A DNA stretch of 64,000 nucleotides from a virus (taxonomy: Duplodnaviria > Heunggongvirae > Uroviricota > Caudoviricetes): the IMG/VR virus record IMGVR_UViG_3300032007_000002, one strand, 5' to 3'. The notes under the pieces were generated by a model, which was not told where the DNA came from, searched no databases, and saw only the letters and a program-made list of their open reading frames with translations. Below, piece by piece: positions 52,627 to 61,862 of this stretch (its first letter is position 1; the number at the start of each line of letters is the position of its first letter). The position numbers were made by a program, and so were the translations under genes.

Positions 52627-54537
52627 TTAGTCCTTATATAAAGAAACCCCGACAGCTTTTGCAAATAGGCCACACCGATTTTTTCTCGGTTTGGTTTCCG
52701 GCCCAATAAATATATAATTGGGGGCAATAACATGGGCCTTAATTAGTTTAACCCATTCAGCAAATGTTATGTCAGACATTTCGTCCGGTGTTCCCTTCCA
52801 ATGCTCATACTGTTTGCCAAACGGTGGGCACACTACAACAACCTTGTTTGTGTGAATGACCTGCGCAAGAACATCCCGATTAGTCCAACCATACCATTTA
52901 CAAAAATTTACGTTGATGTCGTATGCTTCCACATCAGGCGGTAAGCCACGGTCCTCAAACCATCGAGTTACACCTCTTACTATACCACCGAACCCGGCCA
53001 TCGGACAATATACCCCAGCACTTAAGTCAACACCGCTCTCCTCGATAATTTTCAACAGCACAGTTTCGTCCAGGGCGGTTACCTTTGGTGCAATTTTTGC
53101 TATGGTAAACCGATCGAGAACCTTCGTTGCATAATCGCCCGAAATCAATGACTTGATATGTCGAGTGCAAAACGCATCATACTTTCCCGAAATCAGCGAA
53201 TCGTTGATCGTCTTAATCATATTCTGGACAGCACGTTCCAATTTTGCATCATCATGCCATGCGGACCGAGGATCCATATAGCCAGGAACGTAGCAATCCC
53301 ATATAGGATGCGCAGCCGGCCATTTAGTGGTTCCCGGAAAATCTGTCATGACGCAATGGTTCTTGATCAACTCCGGCGTAAGGTCAATGTTAAATACAGC
53401 TGAAATGAACCGTAATACATCACAACCAACCACAAGCGTCACATTATTCGTCAAAATACACTGTAGCTTGGCGTATTCCTTCGTATCAGGAATCTGCATA
53501 TATTTATATAGATGCTCACCCTTGATTTCAAACAGCCTATCCCCTATTCGGAAATCCGGGAAGAACCAATGTTCCTCCCCGGCAAAGGAGTATTCTAACT
53601 TTACCTTGGGGTGATATTCAAAATCTACGTCCATGCAGCGCAGGAAATTATAGAACGCATACTCATACGAAGAATCGAAAGATACCCCATTTACCGTAAA
53701 CTTATGCCACATTTTTGACTGAAACTCGGGTGTTTGCGAAAATGAACGAACACCAAACCGTTCCTGGCAAGTTTGCTGCATTTGCTGCACATTATGATAA
53801 TTCTTGTCGCCATATTTATCTGCGCATGTCTTATATTGTCCTTGCTCACGCAATTCGGCGGATGCCCAATTATGCCTAACACCAAATTTTGCGAGGCAAG
53901 TCATTTCCCGTTTTTCGCGTATCTGGGCAATCTTTTCCTCATCAAATGCAGCCAGCTTATCGCGAACCTTTTGACGGTGTTCGGGATTATTCATTGCATT
54001 GTTTCGGCTACGCAATTTTGATGTACATTCCGGCGACCCACATACATTATGGTAGTGGGTTCCCATCCATTTTGCCGGTCCACCGCAAATTTCGCATTTA
54101 CCGGGCGCTATGCCCATATATTTATTATAATATTGCTCGACCGTAATGTCTGTATGTTTTTTATTTAAATGACGGTTTAATGTGAGCAAAGACATATACC
54201 CGTGCCCACACAGGGCACAGCAAAACTTATATATTATTTGCCGTTTTGGTTTGATCTTATCCGCATGTCGGCAGGCTTTGCCATATCGGGCACGCATCGT
54301 TTCGTGCTGGAGTTTGCGGACACAGGTGGGGTCATTGCAGGTATCATAATACCCATGATAGTTGGTAAACGCACATTGTTTGCCACAATACGGGCACACA
54401 TGTTCAGTCGGATCTACATACGTATCATAATACGTCTTATAGGGCATCTTATGGGTTCGCTGAATGTGATTGGTAAACCCGTTCAACGAATATACCTCTC
54501 CGCATTTCGCACATGTATATTTGATTTTCATTTTCAT
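52627..54537 (-). CDS. multidomain protein: N-terminal C2H2-like zinc fingers and KFGV repeats, PD-(D/E)xK (Vsr/DUF559-like) nuclease domain, C-terminal gamma-class-like DNA methyltransferase domain; homing-endonuclease-like insertion between nrdD and nrdG
   Basis: CAKCGEVYSLNGFTNHIQRTH and CALCGHGYMSLLTLNRHLNKKH; repeats K..T..KFGVR../ERFGVRSFSQTPEFQSKM; SSYEYAFYNFL...FFPDF...RLFEIKGEHLYK (D...E.K); C-terminal PMAGFGGIVRG (motif I-like) then VVVCPPFG (motif IV-like); AT-rich relative to flanks. Confidence 0.55.
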   Translation of the reverse strand: MKMKIKYTCAKCGEVYSLNGFTNHIQRTHKMPYKTYYDTYVDPTEHVCPYCGKQCAFTNYHGYYDTCNDPTCVRKLQHETMRARYGKACRHADKIKPKRQIIYKFCCALCGHGYMSLLTLNRHLNKKHTDITVEQYYNKYMGIAPGKCEICGGPAKWMGTHYHNVCGSPECTSKLRSRNNAMNNPEHRQKVRDKLAAFDEEKIAQIREKREMTCLAKFGVRHNWASAELREQGQYKTCADKYGDKNYHNVQQMQQTCQERFGVRSFSQTPEFQSKMWHKFTVNGVSFDSSYEYAFYNFLRCMDVDFEYHPKVKLEYSFAGEEHWFFPDFRIGDRLFEIKGEHLYKYMQIPDTKEYAKLQCILTNNVTLVVGCDVLRFISAVFNIDLTPELIKNHCVMTDFPGTTKWPAAHPIWDCYVPGYMDPRSAWHDDAKLERAVQNMIKTINDSLISGKYDAFCTRHIKSLISGDYATKVLDRFTIAKIAPKVTALDETVLLKIIEESGVDLSAGVYCPMAGFGGIVRGVTRWFEDRGLPPDVEAYDINVNFCKWYGWTNRDVLAQVIHTNKVVVVCPPFGKQYEHWKGTPDEMSDITFAEWVKLIKAHVIAPNYIFIGPETKPRKNRCGLFAKAVGVSLYKD

Positions 54538-54568
54538 AGATACCCCAGCAAATTATACTAGATGTCTT

Positions 54569-54583
54569 GGAAATATAGCAATA
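54569..54583 (-). promoter_or_regulatory. conserved phage promoter-like motif upstream of the inserted nuclease/methyltransferase gene
   Basis: ggaaatatagcaata about 32 nt upstream of ATG 54537. Confidence 0.5.
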
Positions 54584-54618
54584 ACAGTTTATAATGTCAA
54601 CCCAAATATCAAAAACGC

Positions 54619-54652
54619 ATCCGCCGGTGGCGGATGCGTTATTTAACTGATG
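54619..54652 (-). terminator. rho-independent terminator after nrdD
   Basis: Minus strand: acgcatccgccaccggcggatgcgt followed by ttttgatatttgg. Confidence 0.6.
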
Positions 54653-54661
54653 ATTTGACAA

Positions 54662-57220
54662 TTAGATGTTGTGCCGGTCGCCCAGTTCTTTCACCTTGCC
54701 ATCATTCCAGGACAGTTTAATAGTCTTCCTGGGTGACCCGGTTAAATATCCCGTGATACGGCGGACTCGGATGAAATACTTCTCATCCTTGCACCCGCAC
54801 TTGGGGCACACATTGTCGATAATGCCGTGATAGCCGCACTTGATGCAGTCGTCGCTATCCATCGTGACGGTGAAATAGCCGAGATTGCCATTGTACATCG
54901 CGTCGATCGCGGCAGCGACGGCTTCCACGTTCTTGGTCAAGTCGCCGTTCAGCTTGTAGTAGAAGATATGCCCGGCGTTGGTGAGCGCGTGGAACGGGGC
55001 CTCCACCTTGATCTTGTCGTCGAGTGACACGTCGAGGGAGAAGTCCATCATGTGGGAATTGGTATAGTAACCCTTTCCGAAGATGCGCTGGAGGTTGACA
55101 TCAGCCAGCTTCTTGTTGTCGCCGAACTTCTTGGCGTCGATTGTAGCGAAGCGGCCGGCGACAGCTTCCGCCGGCGTGGCGAAGCAGGACCAGTTCATGT
55201 GCGTCTTCTTCTGGGTAGCGTCGCAGAAGTCGCGGATGTGCTTGACGATGGACACGGCGAGCGCATCGACTTCGTGGTCAACGCCATAGGTCTTGCCGGT
55301 AAGGAGCGTAATGGTTTCCGCGATGCCGATATAGCCGATGGAGAGCGTGGACTGCTTCATCACTTCGGCGATATCATCGGAAAGTTCGTGTTCCTTGTCG
55401 TCGGACGTGAGATAAAGACCTTCCTGCATAGTGAACGGGAACGTCTTGTAAGTCTTCATGCACACGAGGTTGAAACGTTCAACCAGGCTTTCCTTGGCGT
55501 CGTCGAGCATGCCGTCGAGCTTCTCGAAGAACACCTTGATGCGGTCTTCCTCGGAGGACTTGGCGATACGGGCCTCGATGGCGAGACGCGGGAGGTTGAT
55601 CGTGTGGAAGGCAAAGTTGCCTCTGCCGGTAGTCTGTTCCGGGCCGTTGACATTGCCGATGACACGGGTACGGCAACCCATCGTCGCAACGGTGGTGTTT
55701 TCGACCAGCTTGCGAAGGTTGAGGACGCTGCCATCGAAGTCAACGACTTCCCAGATGTCGTCATGCGCGATGTGATATTCGTAGATCGGGAACTCGGTCT
55801 TTTCGACGCGTTCGACATTTTCGAACTCGTCCTTGCCGCGGACCTTGACAGCCAGAGGACCGTCAGTGACGACAATCGTCTTGGTCAGGTACTTGACGTA
55901 GGGCTTGTTGAAGGTGGAGTCCACGGACACGAAGTTCGGGTAGAAACGGCGGGCGAGGCAACGGATTGCCTGCTGCTTGAGGTCAAAGTTCGGGTCGGTT
56001 TCGAGGAACGTGTAGCCCTTCATGAGCTTGAAAATCAAAATCGGGAAGATGGCGGTAAGGCCGTCACCCATGCCTTCATACTGTGCACGCATGAGGTTCT
56101 TGCTGACCATGCGGCCGCAAGCGGACACGTCGAGACCGAAGTTGAGGGAGCTGAACGGGACCTGGTTGCCGGAACGGCTCTGCAAGGAGTTCAGGTTGTG
56201 GACAAGGGCCTCCATTGCCTGGTGGGTATCGCAGTCGGTGAACGCGATTGCCTTGTCGATACACTTCTTCGGGAACAGTTCATAAAGTGCGCTGGTCGGG
56301 GTGTTCATGGACACGCCGTCCTTGGCCAGGCCCTTCGTGATGCGCTTGATGGTTGCTTCGATATCGGCATCGCCTTCCTGCTGCAGGTACTGGGCAAATG
56401 CCGGATCTTCGGAATAGTCGGCCTTTGCGTTGAGCTGGATTGCGAGGTTCCTGCGGAAGGAACGGTCCACGAACGGGGCGAGCTCGAAATCGAAGTTGTC
56501 GCAGGCGATGCCGCCATACTGCTGGTTGCTCTGGAGCTGGAGGATGACCGCGGTAAGCGCAGCTGCGCTCTGGATGGTCTGTGCGGGGCGCTGGAAGCCG
56601 GTACCGGAGTCGAAACCGGTGCGGAGCTTCTTGCCGACAGGCGCAAAGAGGCAGTTGAACGTAAGGTCATACATGTTGAGGTCGTGGATGTGGAGGTAGC
56701 CGTTCGTATGCTCCTCCGCATACTTCTTGCTGACGTTGTCGAGCAAGTTATACATCTTGTTGGTTTCCGAGGCAATCTTGCCGTACATGCCTGCCGGGGT
56801 GTCGCCGGACTCGTTGGCGTTGTCGCGCAGGATGTTGGAACTCGGGAGATCCGCGTGCTTGATTTCGCGGACGGTCTTGATGATGGGGGAGCGGAGTGCT
56901 CTTTCGCGGTCGCGCCTGTTGCGCACGATGATGTATGCGTCATAGGCATCCATCGAGACTTCGCGTAAAACTTTCTTTACAGCGTCCGCGACGGAGTCGT
57001 TGCTCACACACTTCTGCTTCATGTCATACAGGATGTCAACTACGTCACCGGTGAGTTCTTCGACTCGTTCCTGGGTGAAATCTACTTTCGCATCGACAAG
57101 CGACTTACTGATACAGCGTTCAATCTTCAATGGGTCGAATTTCTGCCGTCCGCCGTCCTGCTTCTTAACCTGCCGCAGAAACGTGCGTTCCGACATCTTT
57201 TCATCCTTCGTATCGTCCAT
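54662..57220 (-). CDS. nrdD: anaerobic ribonucleoside-triphosphate reductase (class III) with N-terminal ATP-cone
   Basis: ATP-cone (LRQVKKQDGGRQKFDPLKI), ATMGCRTRV active-site region, C-terminal CIKCGYHG..CPKCGC zinc ribbon and glycyl-radical motif RVRRITGYLTG; AGAGGAAATTCC SD. Confidence 0.9.
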   Translation of the reverse strand: MDDTKDEKMSERTFLRQVKKQDGGRQKFDPLKIERCISKSLVDAKVDFTQERVEELTGDVVDILYDMKQKCVSNDSVADAVKKVLREVSMDAYDAYIIVRNRRDRERALRSPIIKTVREIKHADLPSSNILRDNANESGDTPAGMYGKIASETNKMYNLLDNVSKKYAEEHTNGYLHIHDLNMYDLTFNCLFAPVGKKLRTGFDSGTGFQRPAQTIQSAAALTAVILQLQSNQQYGGIACDNFDFELAPFVDRSFRRNLAIQLNAKADYSEDPAFAQYLQQEGDADIEATIKRITKGLAKDGVSMNTPTSALYELFPKKCIDKAIAFTDCDTHQAMEALVHNLNSLQSRSGNQVPFSSLNFGLDVSACGRMVSKNLMRAQYEGMGDGLTAIFPILIFKLMKGYTFLETDPNFDLKQQAIRCLARRFYPNFVSVDSTFNKPYVKYLTKTIVVTDGPLAVKVRGKDEFENVERVEKTEFPIYEYHIAHDDIWEVVDFDGSVLNLRKLVENTTVATMGCRTRVIGNVNGPEQTTGRGNFAFHTINLPRLAIEARIAKSSEEDRIKVFFEKLDGMLDDAKESLVERFNLVCMKTYKTFPFTMQEGLYLTSDDKEHELSDDIAEVMKQSTLSIGYIGIAETITLLTGKTYGVDHEVDALAVSIVKHIRDFCDATQKKTHMNWSCFATPAEAVAGRFATIDAKKFGDNKKLADVNLQRIFGKGYYTNSHMMDFSLDVSLDDKIKVEAPFHALTNAGHIFYYKLNGDLTKNVEAVAAAIDAMYNGNLGYFTVTMDSDDCIKCGYHGIIDNVCPKCGCKDEKYFIRVRRITGYLTGSPRKTIKLSWNDGKVKELGDRHNI

Positions 57221-57316
57221 GGAATTTCCTCTAAGTTGGGGTGGTGCCGGCGGTGCGGGAGGACCGTTTCCGTCGGCGGGTAGTCATTGTTTATAATAAA
57301 ATCGGTGCCAAGGTTA

Positions 57317-57332
57317 GTGCACAAATGTGCAC
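57317..57332. promoter_or_regulatory. inverted repeat GTGCACA-AA-TGTGCAC in the nrdD upstream region (candidate operator)
   Basis: Seen directly between the upstream terminator and the nrdD start; no copy of the phage motif in this intergenic region. Confidence 0.3.
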
Positions 57333-57358
57333 AAAAGCGGGGTTTTTAGGTCCCCGCG
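57331..57358 (-). terminator. rho-independent terminator after the AAA+ ATPase gene
   Basis: Minus strand: gcggggacctaaaaaccccgc followed by tttt. Confidence 0.55.
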
Positions 57359-58926
57359 TCCTGACTTGCGGTGGCGGTCTGTTGGACCGTTTGGGCACTG
57401 CACAAACGTCCATCACTTCCCGCGACGAGCATGCTGTTGTCCCGGCTTTCCATAGCGGACCGGACAGAGTCCTTGAAGTTCTTGAACGAATGGTCCCCGT
57501 CATAGAACGTCACCAGGTCGGAAATGATGCCGGTGATGTATGCCTGGGTAATGCCCTTCTTCGCGAGGTCCTCGCAGGCCTTCCTGAACTGCTTGTTGCC
57601 GAGCGACGCCCATTTCGGCATCACCACGTTCTCGTGGCGGAAGCGCTGCTTGATGACGTCAAACACGTCTTCCGCGGTCTTCGGCGCAGTCACGACGATC
57701 ACCTCGTCGATACGGCCCGGACGCGAGCGGAACATGTGGTGGAGCTTCTGCGGCTCGTTCACGATAATGATGATGATGTGCCCGCTAGATGTCTCGCGGA
57801 GCTCGTCGAGATAGCCCATGAAGTCGGTGGCATACTCGTTCTTCTCGCTCATGTCGATCCCGTCGATGTCGTCGAACACGATAATCGACTTGTCGATGCG
57901 GGCGAGAGTCTGGAAAGTCTGGTCAATGCAGGCCTCCTGGATAGCTTCGAGCGGGACCCAGAACACCGGGTATTCCGGCACACCCTCGAGCACCTTCTCG
58001 ATGGACATGGTCTTGCCCACCCCCGGCTCGCCCTCGACGAGGAAGCTGCGGCTCTTGTCGTGTTCCAGCGTCTTCGCGATTGCCCTGCGCATGCGGGCTA
58101 CGTCCAGGTTGCATACGTCGAAATCGACGATTTCGCGCTTGAACTTCGAGAAGAACACGTTGTCCATCTCGAACATGTACTTGGAGAGGTCAACGTTGCC
58201 GAGATATGCCGTATACAGGGTATGAACGGCATCCGTAATGATTTCCTCGTCATAGTCCTCGTTGCGCATGGCGACGCGGACGTCGGCGTAGCTGCTCTCC
58301 ATGTAGTCCTCGTGGTCCTTCCCGAGGTCGGCCTTGCTCGCCGCGTAGTTTTCCAGCTGCATGACGAAGTCGTGGCCGTCATGGCTGAACAGGACTGCGG
58401 AACGGAGCCGGTAGCCCTCGTCCTCGTCATCGTCGTCGCGGAGAAGGTTCTTGATCTTCTTGAAGCGGATGTCGTACTTTTCCTGGTCGGCCTGGCTCAT
58501 GTTGAGGAGATAGCGGCACATGTCGCCGGAGGTCTTCACCTCGGCAACGGTAAGGCTACAGTCGTTGTCCTCGCCAATCACCTGGGCCATCGCGTCGAAG
58601 CGTCCGCGATACTCGTACTGCTCGGCGACAAATGCGTTCTTGACGATGAAATTGATGCGGAACAGGTCGAACGCGGTCTGTGCGAGACCGATATACTTAT
58701 GGGCGATACGGCTCTCGGACGCATTGCGCAGGGTGTAGAACACCGCGTCGAGCAGCTTGGACCCGCTTTCGGCGAGCTCAATCTTGTCGTTGGAGCGCAT
58801 GCGCTTCTTGAGGTAGGCCAGCTTTTCCTTGAAATTCTTCCCCACCCACTGGTCGGAGTCGATGTTGAAGCGTTTCAGCATCGACTTCATGTCGAAAATC
58901 ACGTCGTTGCGGTTGGTCATCTGCAC
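57346..58926 (-). CDS. AAA+ ATPase (classic AAA family) with ~280-aa unknown N-terminal region
   Basis: LVEGEPGVGKT (Walker A), IIVFDDIDGI (Walker B), FRSRPGRIDEVI (sensor-2/Arg-finger region). Confidence 0.8.
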   Translation of the reverse strand: MQMTNRNDVIFDMKSMLKRFNIDSDQWVGKNFKEKLAYLKKRMRSNDKIELAESGSKLLDAVFYTLRNASESRIAHKYIGLAQTAFDLFRINFIVKNAFVAEQYEYRGRFDAMAQVIGEDNDCSLTVAEVKTSGDMCRYLLNMSQADQEKYDIRFKKIKNLLRDDDDEDEGYRLRSAVLFSHDGHDFVMQLENYAASKADLGKDHEDYMESSYADVRVAMRNEDYDEEIITDAVHTLYTAYLGNVDLSKYMFEMDNVFFSKFKREIVDFDVCNLDVARMRRAIAKTLEHDKSRSFLVEGEPGVGKTMSIEKVLEGVPEYPVFWVPLEAIQEACIDQTFQTLARIDKSIIVFDDIDGIDMSEKNEYATDFMGYLDELRETSSGHIIIIIVNEPQKLHHMFRSRPGRIDEVIVVTAPKTAEDVFDVIKQRFRHENVVMPKWASLGNKQFRKACEDLAKKGITQAYITGIISDLVTFYDGDHSFKNFKDSVRSAMESRDNSMLVAGSDGRLCSAQTVQQTATASQDAGT

Positions 58927-58929
58927 CCC

Positions 58930-59187
58930 TTACTTGGTTTCCTCGGTCTGTGCGCGGACATCGCCGGCTTCCCCGTTGCTTACCTTCACGAGGGTGGTCG
59001 TGCCCCCGTTGATCCAAATCTGGCGGATTACACGCGCGGTGCTGAACAGGAACACGGCGAACACGAGCACGTAGAGGGCGCGGACGATATTTCCGTGCAT
59101 TGCGGCATTCTTGGCGGTAGCCGTGTACACGCTAAGTTGCGTTTCCAAGAATTTCAGCAACTTGTCTGACCGAAGCAAATTCTTCAT
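58930..59187 (-). CDS. small membrane protein
   Basis: Start MKNLLRSDK after GGAG; hydrophobic LYVLVFAVFLF. Confidence 0.35.
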   Translation of the reverse strand: MKNLLRSDKLLKFLETQLSVYTATAKNAAMHGNIVRALYVLVFAVFLFSTARVIRQIWINGGTTTLVKVSNGEAGDVRAQTEETK

Positions 59188-59881
59188 TTCCAAACTCCTT
59201 TTCACAGAAAACGTCAATGGCCCCGGTACGCCTGCGGTATTCGGCGAGCGAATGGAGCCACCCCCTGCCGCAGTGGCCGAGGTGGATGATGGCCGGGGCG
59301 CTCAGGTAGAGCGTCTCCAGGACCCTGGTCGGCATGTTCTGGCGCCTGAACACGACTTCGGCGCCCTCGTGGGAGAGGAACGCCGAGAGGTCGGCAAACA
59401 CCCGTGCCGTGCCGGTAAAGACTGTATGGCAGACGAGGGCAACCTTCCTGAACCGGCTGGCGTCGAAAGCCTTCCGAAGGGCGTCGAGCGAGTTTTCCCG
59501 CAGAGCTCCCCCGATTACCACGTCGTAGTCCATCGCCGTCGGCAGGTGGACGAACCGGTCAAGGTCGAGTGGGAACGACGGGAGGTCGATGCACTTCTTG
59601 CCAAAATCCGGGTGTTCAAAACCGCCAAGGCACAGGACGTGCTTGGCGAGCAGCGCAGCCGGCTTGTAGTTGGGGAACCAGTCGTGCAGAACGGCGATGC
59701 GCGGGCCGTACCAGCCTCCGGGAACCTTCTGGATGTTGCCGTCCGCACACTGCACCACGACCGGCGCACGGGACGACATGTCGAAATATCTCGTATCGTG
59801 GAGATAGGACGCGACCGATGTCGCGAACATGTTCGTCTTGGAACACTCCTGGCCTATCTCCTGGCGGATGAACTGGATCAT
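59132..59881 (-). CDS. hypothetical protein, translationally coupled to the upstream glycosyltransferase
   Basis: ATGA overlap with the glycosyltransferase stop; alternating hydrophobic/Gly pattern (possible nucleotide-binding fold), function unknown. Confidence 0.45.
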   Translation of the reverse strand: MIQFIRQEIGQECSKTNMFATSVASYLHDTRYFDMSSRAPVVVQCADGNIQKVPGGWYGPRIAVLHDWFPNYKPAALLAKHVLCLGGFEHPDFGKKCIDLPSFPLDLDRFVHLPTAMDYDVVIGGALRENSLDALRKAFDASRFRKVALVCHTVFTGTARVFADLSAFLSHEGAEVVFRRQNMPTRVLETLYLSAPAIIHLGHCGRGWLHSLAEYRRRTGAIDVFCEKEFGNEEFASVRQVAEILGNAT

Positions 59882-60990
59882 GCCTTGCCTCTAGCTTCCT
59901 TAGCCAGTTTAACGAGGCGCTCCCTGATACCGTTAAGCTCGGCGAGCTGTTCGGGCGTCTTGGGGTTGAGCGGCATGAGGATGTTGTCGAGGAACTGCAC
60001 GGACACTTCCGGCCCGTCCTCCTGGAGCACCACGTCCATGAGCTTCGTGAAGGTCAGGTCGTCCACGGTCTCGCCGTCGGCGAGGACATCGTAGATGGTG
60101 GTGTCGATGGTAAGGAACATCCCGGGGACGCACGGCCACTCGATGTGGGTAACCAGGGCGCCGCGGTCGCTATACCCGTGGGCGAGCCCGCCGAGGTCTT
60201 CATCCCCGCGAAGGTAGCGTTCCCAGTCCTCGTCGGTCATCTTGCGGATGCAGGCGCACAGCTTGCGGTTTTCGCGGTAGTCCAGGGACTTGACATACTC
60301 CGGCGTGTTCACCTTCGGGTGGAACAGGTGCATCACGGCACCCCTGCCGGTGTTGTTGCGGATCACCTGGCGCCCGAGACGCTTCACCTTGAAGCAGAAG
60401 GCGTCGTCCTCCGCGCCCCAGTTGATGAACTCCTCGTCGAACCCCTTGACCGCACGGTAGAGCTCCCGGGAGAACACGTTGCACAGGCCCGTCTGGCGGG
60501 AAATCACCACGCCGTGGTTCTTGACGCCCGGGCGCATCGGCTGCCCGCTGATTACGCTGCGCGTGTCGCTTTCGTCGAGATAGAACACTTCCGCATACGG
60601 GAACACGAGGTTGTTCTCGTCCCGGTGGTCCCGGATATAGTCGAAGGCGCCCATGTCGAGGAACGCGTCGGCATCCGCGAGGATGTAGAACTTGTAATTG
60701 GGGAACTTCTGGATGGCCTCGTTGAGGATGCGGGTCTTATGGAACGAGTCGTAGTCGCACTCGACCATGATGTGCGAAACCGTCCCGGCATCCACGAACT
60801 TCTCGGCATAGCCGGCCCAGCGGGCTTCGGCCTGCTCGACGGTCCCGCTACGGATCTGCTCCGTGACGACGATGTCCGCCTCCGGGAAGTTCCTGAGCCA
60901 GTTGTTCACAACCTCGATGAGGTTTCTGCGGCGGAAATATGCCCCCGCCGTCGGTTCCTTGTATGCTACGAGTGCGCAAAAGTCGTTCAT
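59878..60990 (-). CDS. GT-A fold glycosyltransferase (GT2/galactosyltransferase-like) with extra C-terminal domain
   Basis: YILADADAFLD (DxD) and INWGAEDDAFCFKVKRLG (WG.EDD...R); start MNDFCAL (ATG 60990); variant motif TTTGTATATTTTGACC abuts the ATG. Confidence 0.6.
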   Translation of the reverse strand: MNDFCALVAYKEPTAGAYFRRRNLIEVVNNWLRNFPEADIVVTEQIRSGTVEQAEARWAGYAEKFVDAGTVSHIMVECDYDSFHKTRILNEAIQKFPNYKFYILADADAFLDMGAFDYIRDHRDENNLVFPYAEVFYLDESDTRSVISGQPMRPGVKNHGVVISRQTGLCNVFSRELYRAVKGFDEEFINWGAEDDAFCFKVKRLGRQVIRNNTGRGAVMHLFHPKVNTPEYVKSLDYRENRKLCACIRKMTDEDWERYLRGDEDLGGLAHGYSDRGALVTHIEWPCVPGMFLTIDTTIYDVLADGETVDDLTFTKLMDVVLQEDGPEVSVQFLDNILMPLNPKTPEQLAELNGIRERLVKLAKEARGKA

Positions 60991-61007
60991 GGTCAAAATA
61001 TACAAAT

Positions 61008-61859
61008 TTACTGCGAAATTTGGCAGTTTTTGCTGCACAAAATGAGTTCTACCGTTTCGGAAGTCTTGCTCTTCTTGGCGGCCTTGTAAACATGCGGAAC
61101 TTCCGTGGTGTCATACATGCCGCTGTCGCGGAGGGTCTCCACCAGGCGGGTAGTCTTCCCGTCCTTGCTGCAGCTGGACAGGACATACTTGTAGCCGGGG
61201 TGGGAGAGCATGAACGCGGAGAGCTTGTCGTCGTCCGCCACCGTCCACGTAGAATTGTAGCCGGCCTCGGTGTTGGAATACGGCGGATCGAGATAGACGA
61301 CGGTACCTTCCGCCGGGATGCGCTGCGCCATGCTGTCGAGGACGCGGTCGAACGAGCCGTAGCCGAAGAACACCTTGCCCTTGGCCGATTGCAGGCGCTC
61401 GCACCATGCGCGGATTTCCCTTTCCTTGTTGTCGGTAAGCTGGCGCTTGCCGCAGGTCTGGTTGAAGCCGCCCTTAAGGTTGAACCGCATCAGGTTGTTC
61501 GTGCAGGAAAGGATGAGGCCGTAGAGACGGTAGCCGCGGTCCGGGCCATTCGGGGGGAGGGCGTTGTAGGCGCTGCGCAACTCGGCATACTTCTCCGGGT
61601 CCTTGGAGGAAAGTTCCTTCAGCCGGGCGATGACCTGGTCCGGGTCGTCGTTCTGGAGACTGCGGTGCATCTGCACGAGGTCGCGGAGGATATCCGTGAC
61701 GCAGACGTAGTTGAAACGGTAGGAAAGGTTCACGCCGACCGCGCCGGAACCGCCGAACACGTCGAAAAGGCGTTCGCCCTGCGGGATGAGCCGGTCAAGG
61801 TGTGTGAGCAGGTCATACTTGCAGCCTGCATACGGGAATGGGGAATTTATAAAGTCCAT
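61008..61859 (-). CDS. dam: Dam-family (D12 class) N6-adenine DNA methyltransferase
   Basis: FPYAGCK (N-terminal Dam motif), DVFGGSGAVG (motif I), VVYLDPPYS (motif IV); motif 61863-61878 abuts the ATG. Confidence 0.8.
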   Translation of the reverse strand: MDFINSPFPYAGCKYDLLTHLDRLIPQGERLFDVFGGSGAVGVNLSYRFNYVCVTDILRDLVQMHRSLQNDDPDQVIARLKELSSKDPEKYAELRSAYNALPPNGPDRGYRLYGLILSCTNNLMRFNLKGGFNQTCGKRQLTDNKEREIRAWCERLQSAKGKVFFGYGSFDRVLDSMAQRIPAEGTVVYLDPPYSNTEAGYNSTWTVADDDKLSAFMLSHPGYKYVLSSCSKDGKTTRLVETLRDSGMYDTTEVPHVYKAAKKSKTSETVELILCSKNCQISQ

Positions 61860-61862
61860 GAC

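Noticed and set aside
55052-56968. 638-aa plus-strand ORF
   Set aside because: Antisense to nrdD, whose minus-strand reading has unambiguous NrdD motifs.
57241-59169. 642-aa plus-strand ORF
   Set aside because: Antisense to the AAA+ ATPase and neighbouring minus-strand genes; Ala/Gly/Val/Arg-rich composition typical of spurious open frames in high-GC DNA; no motifs.
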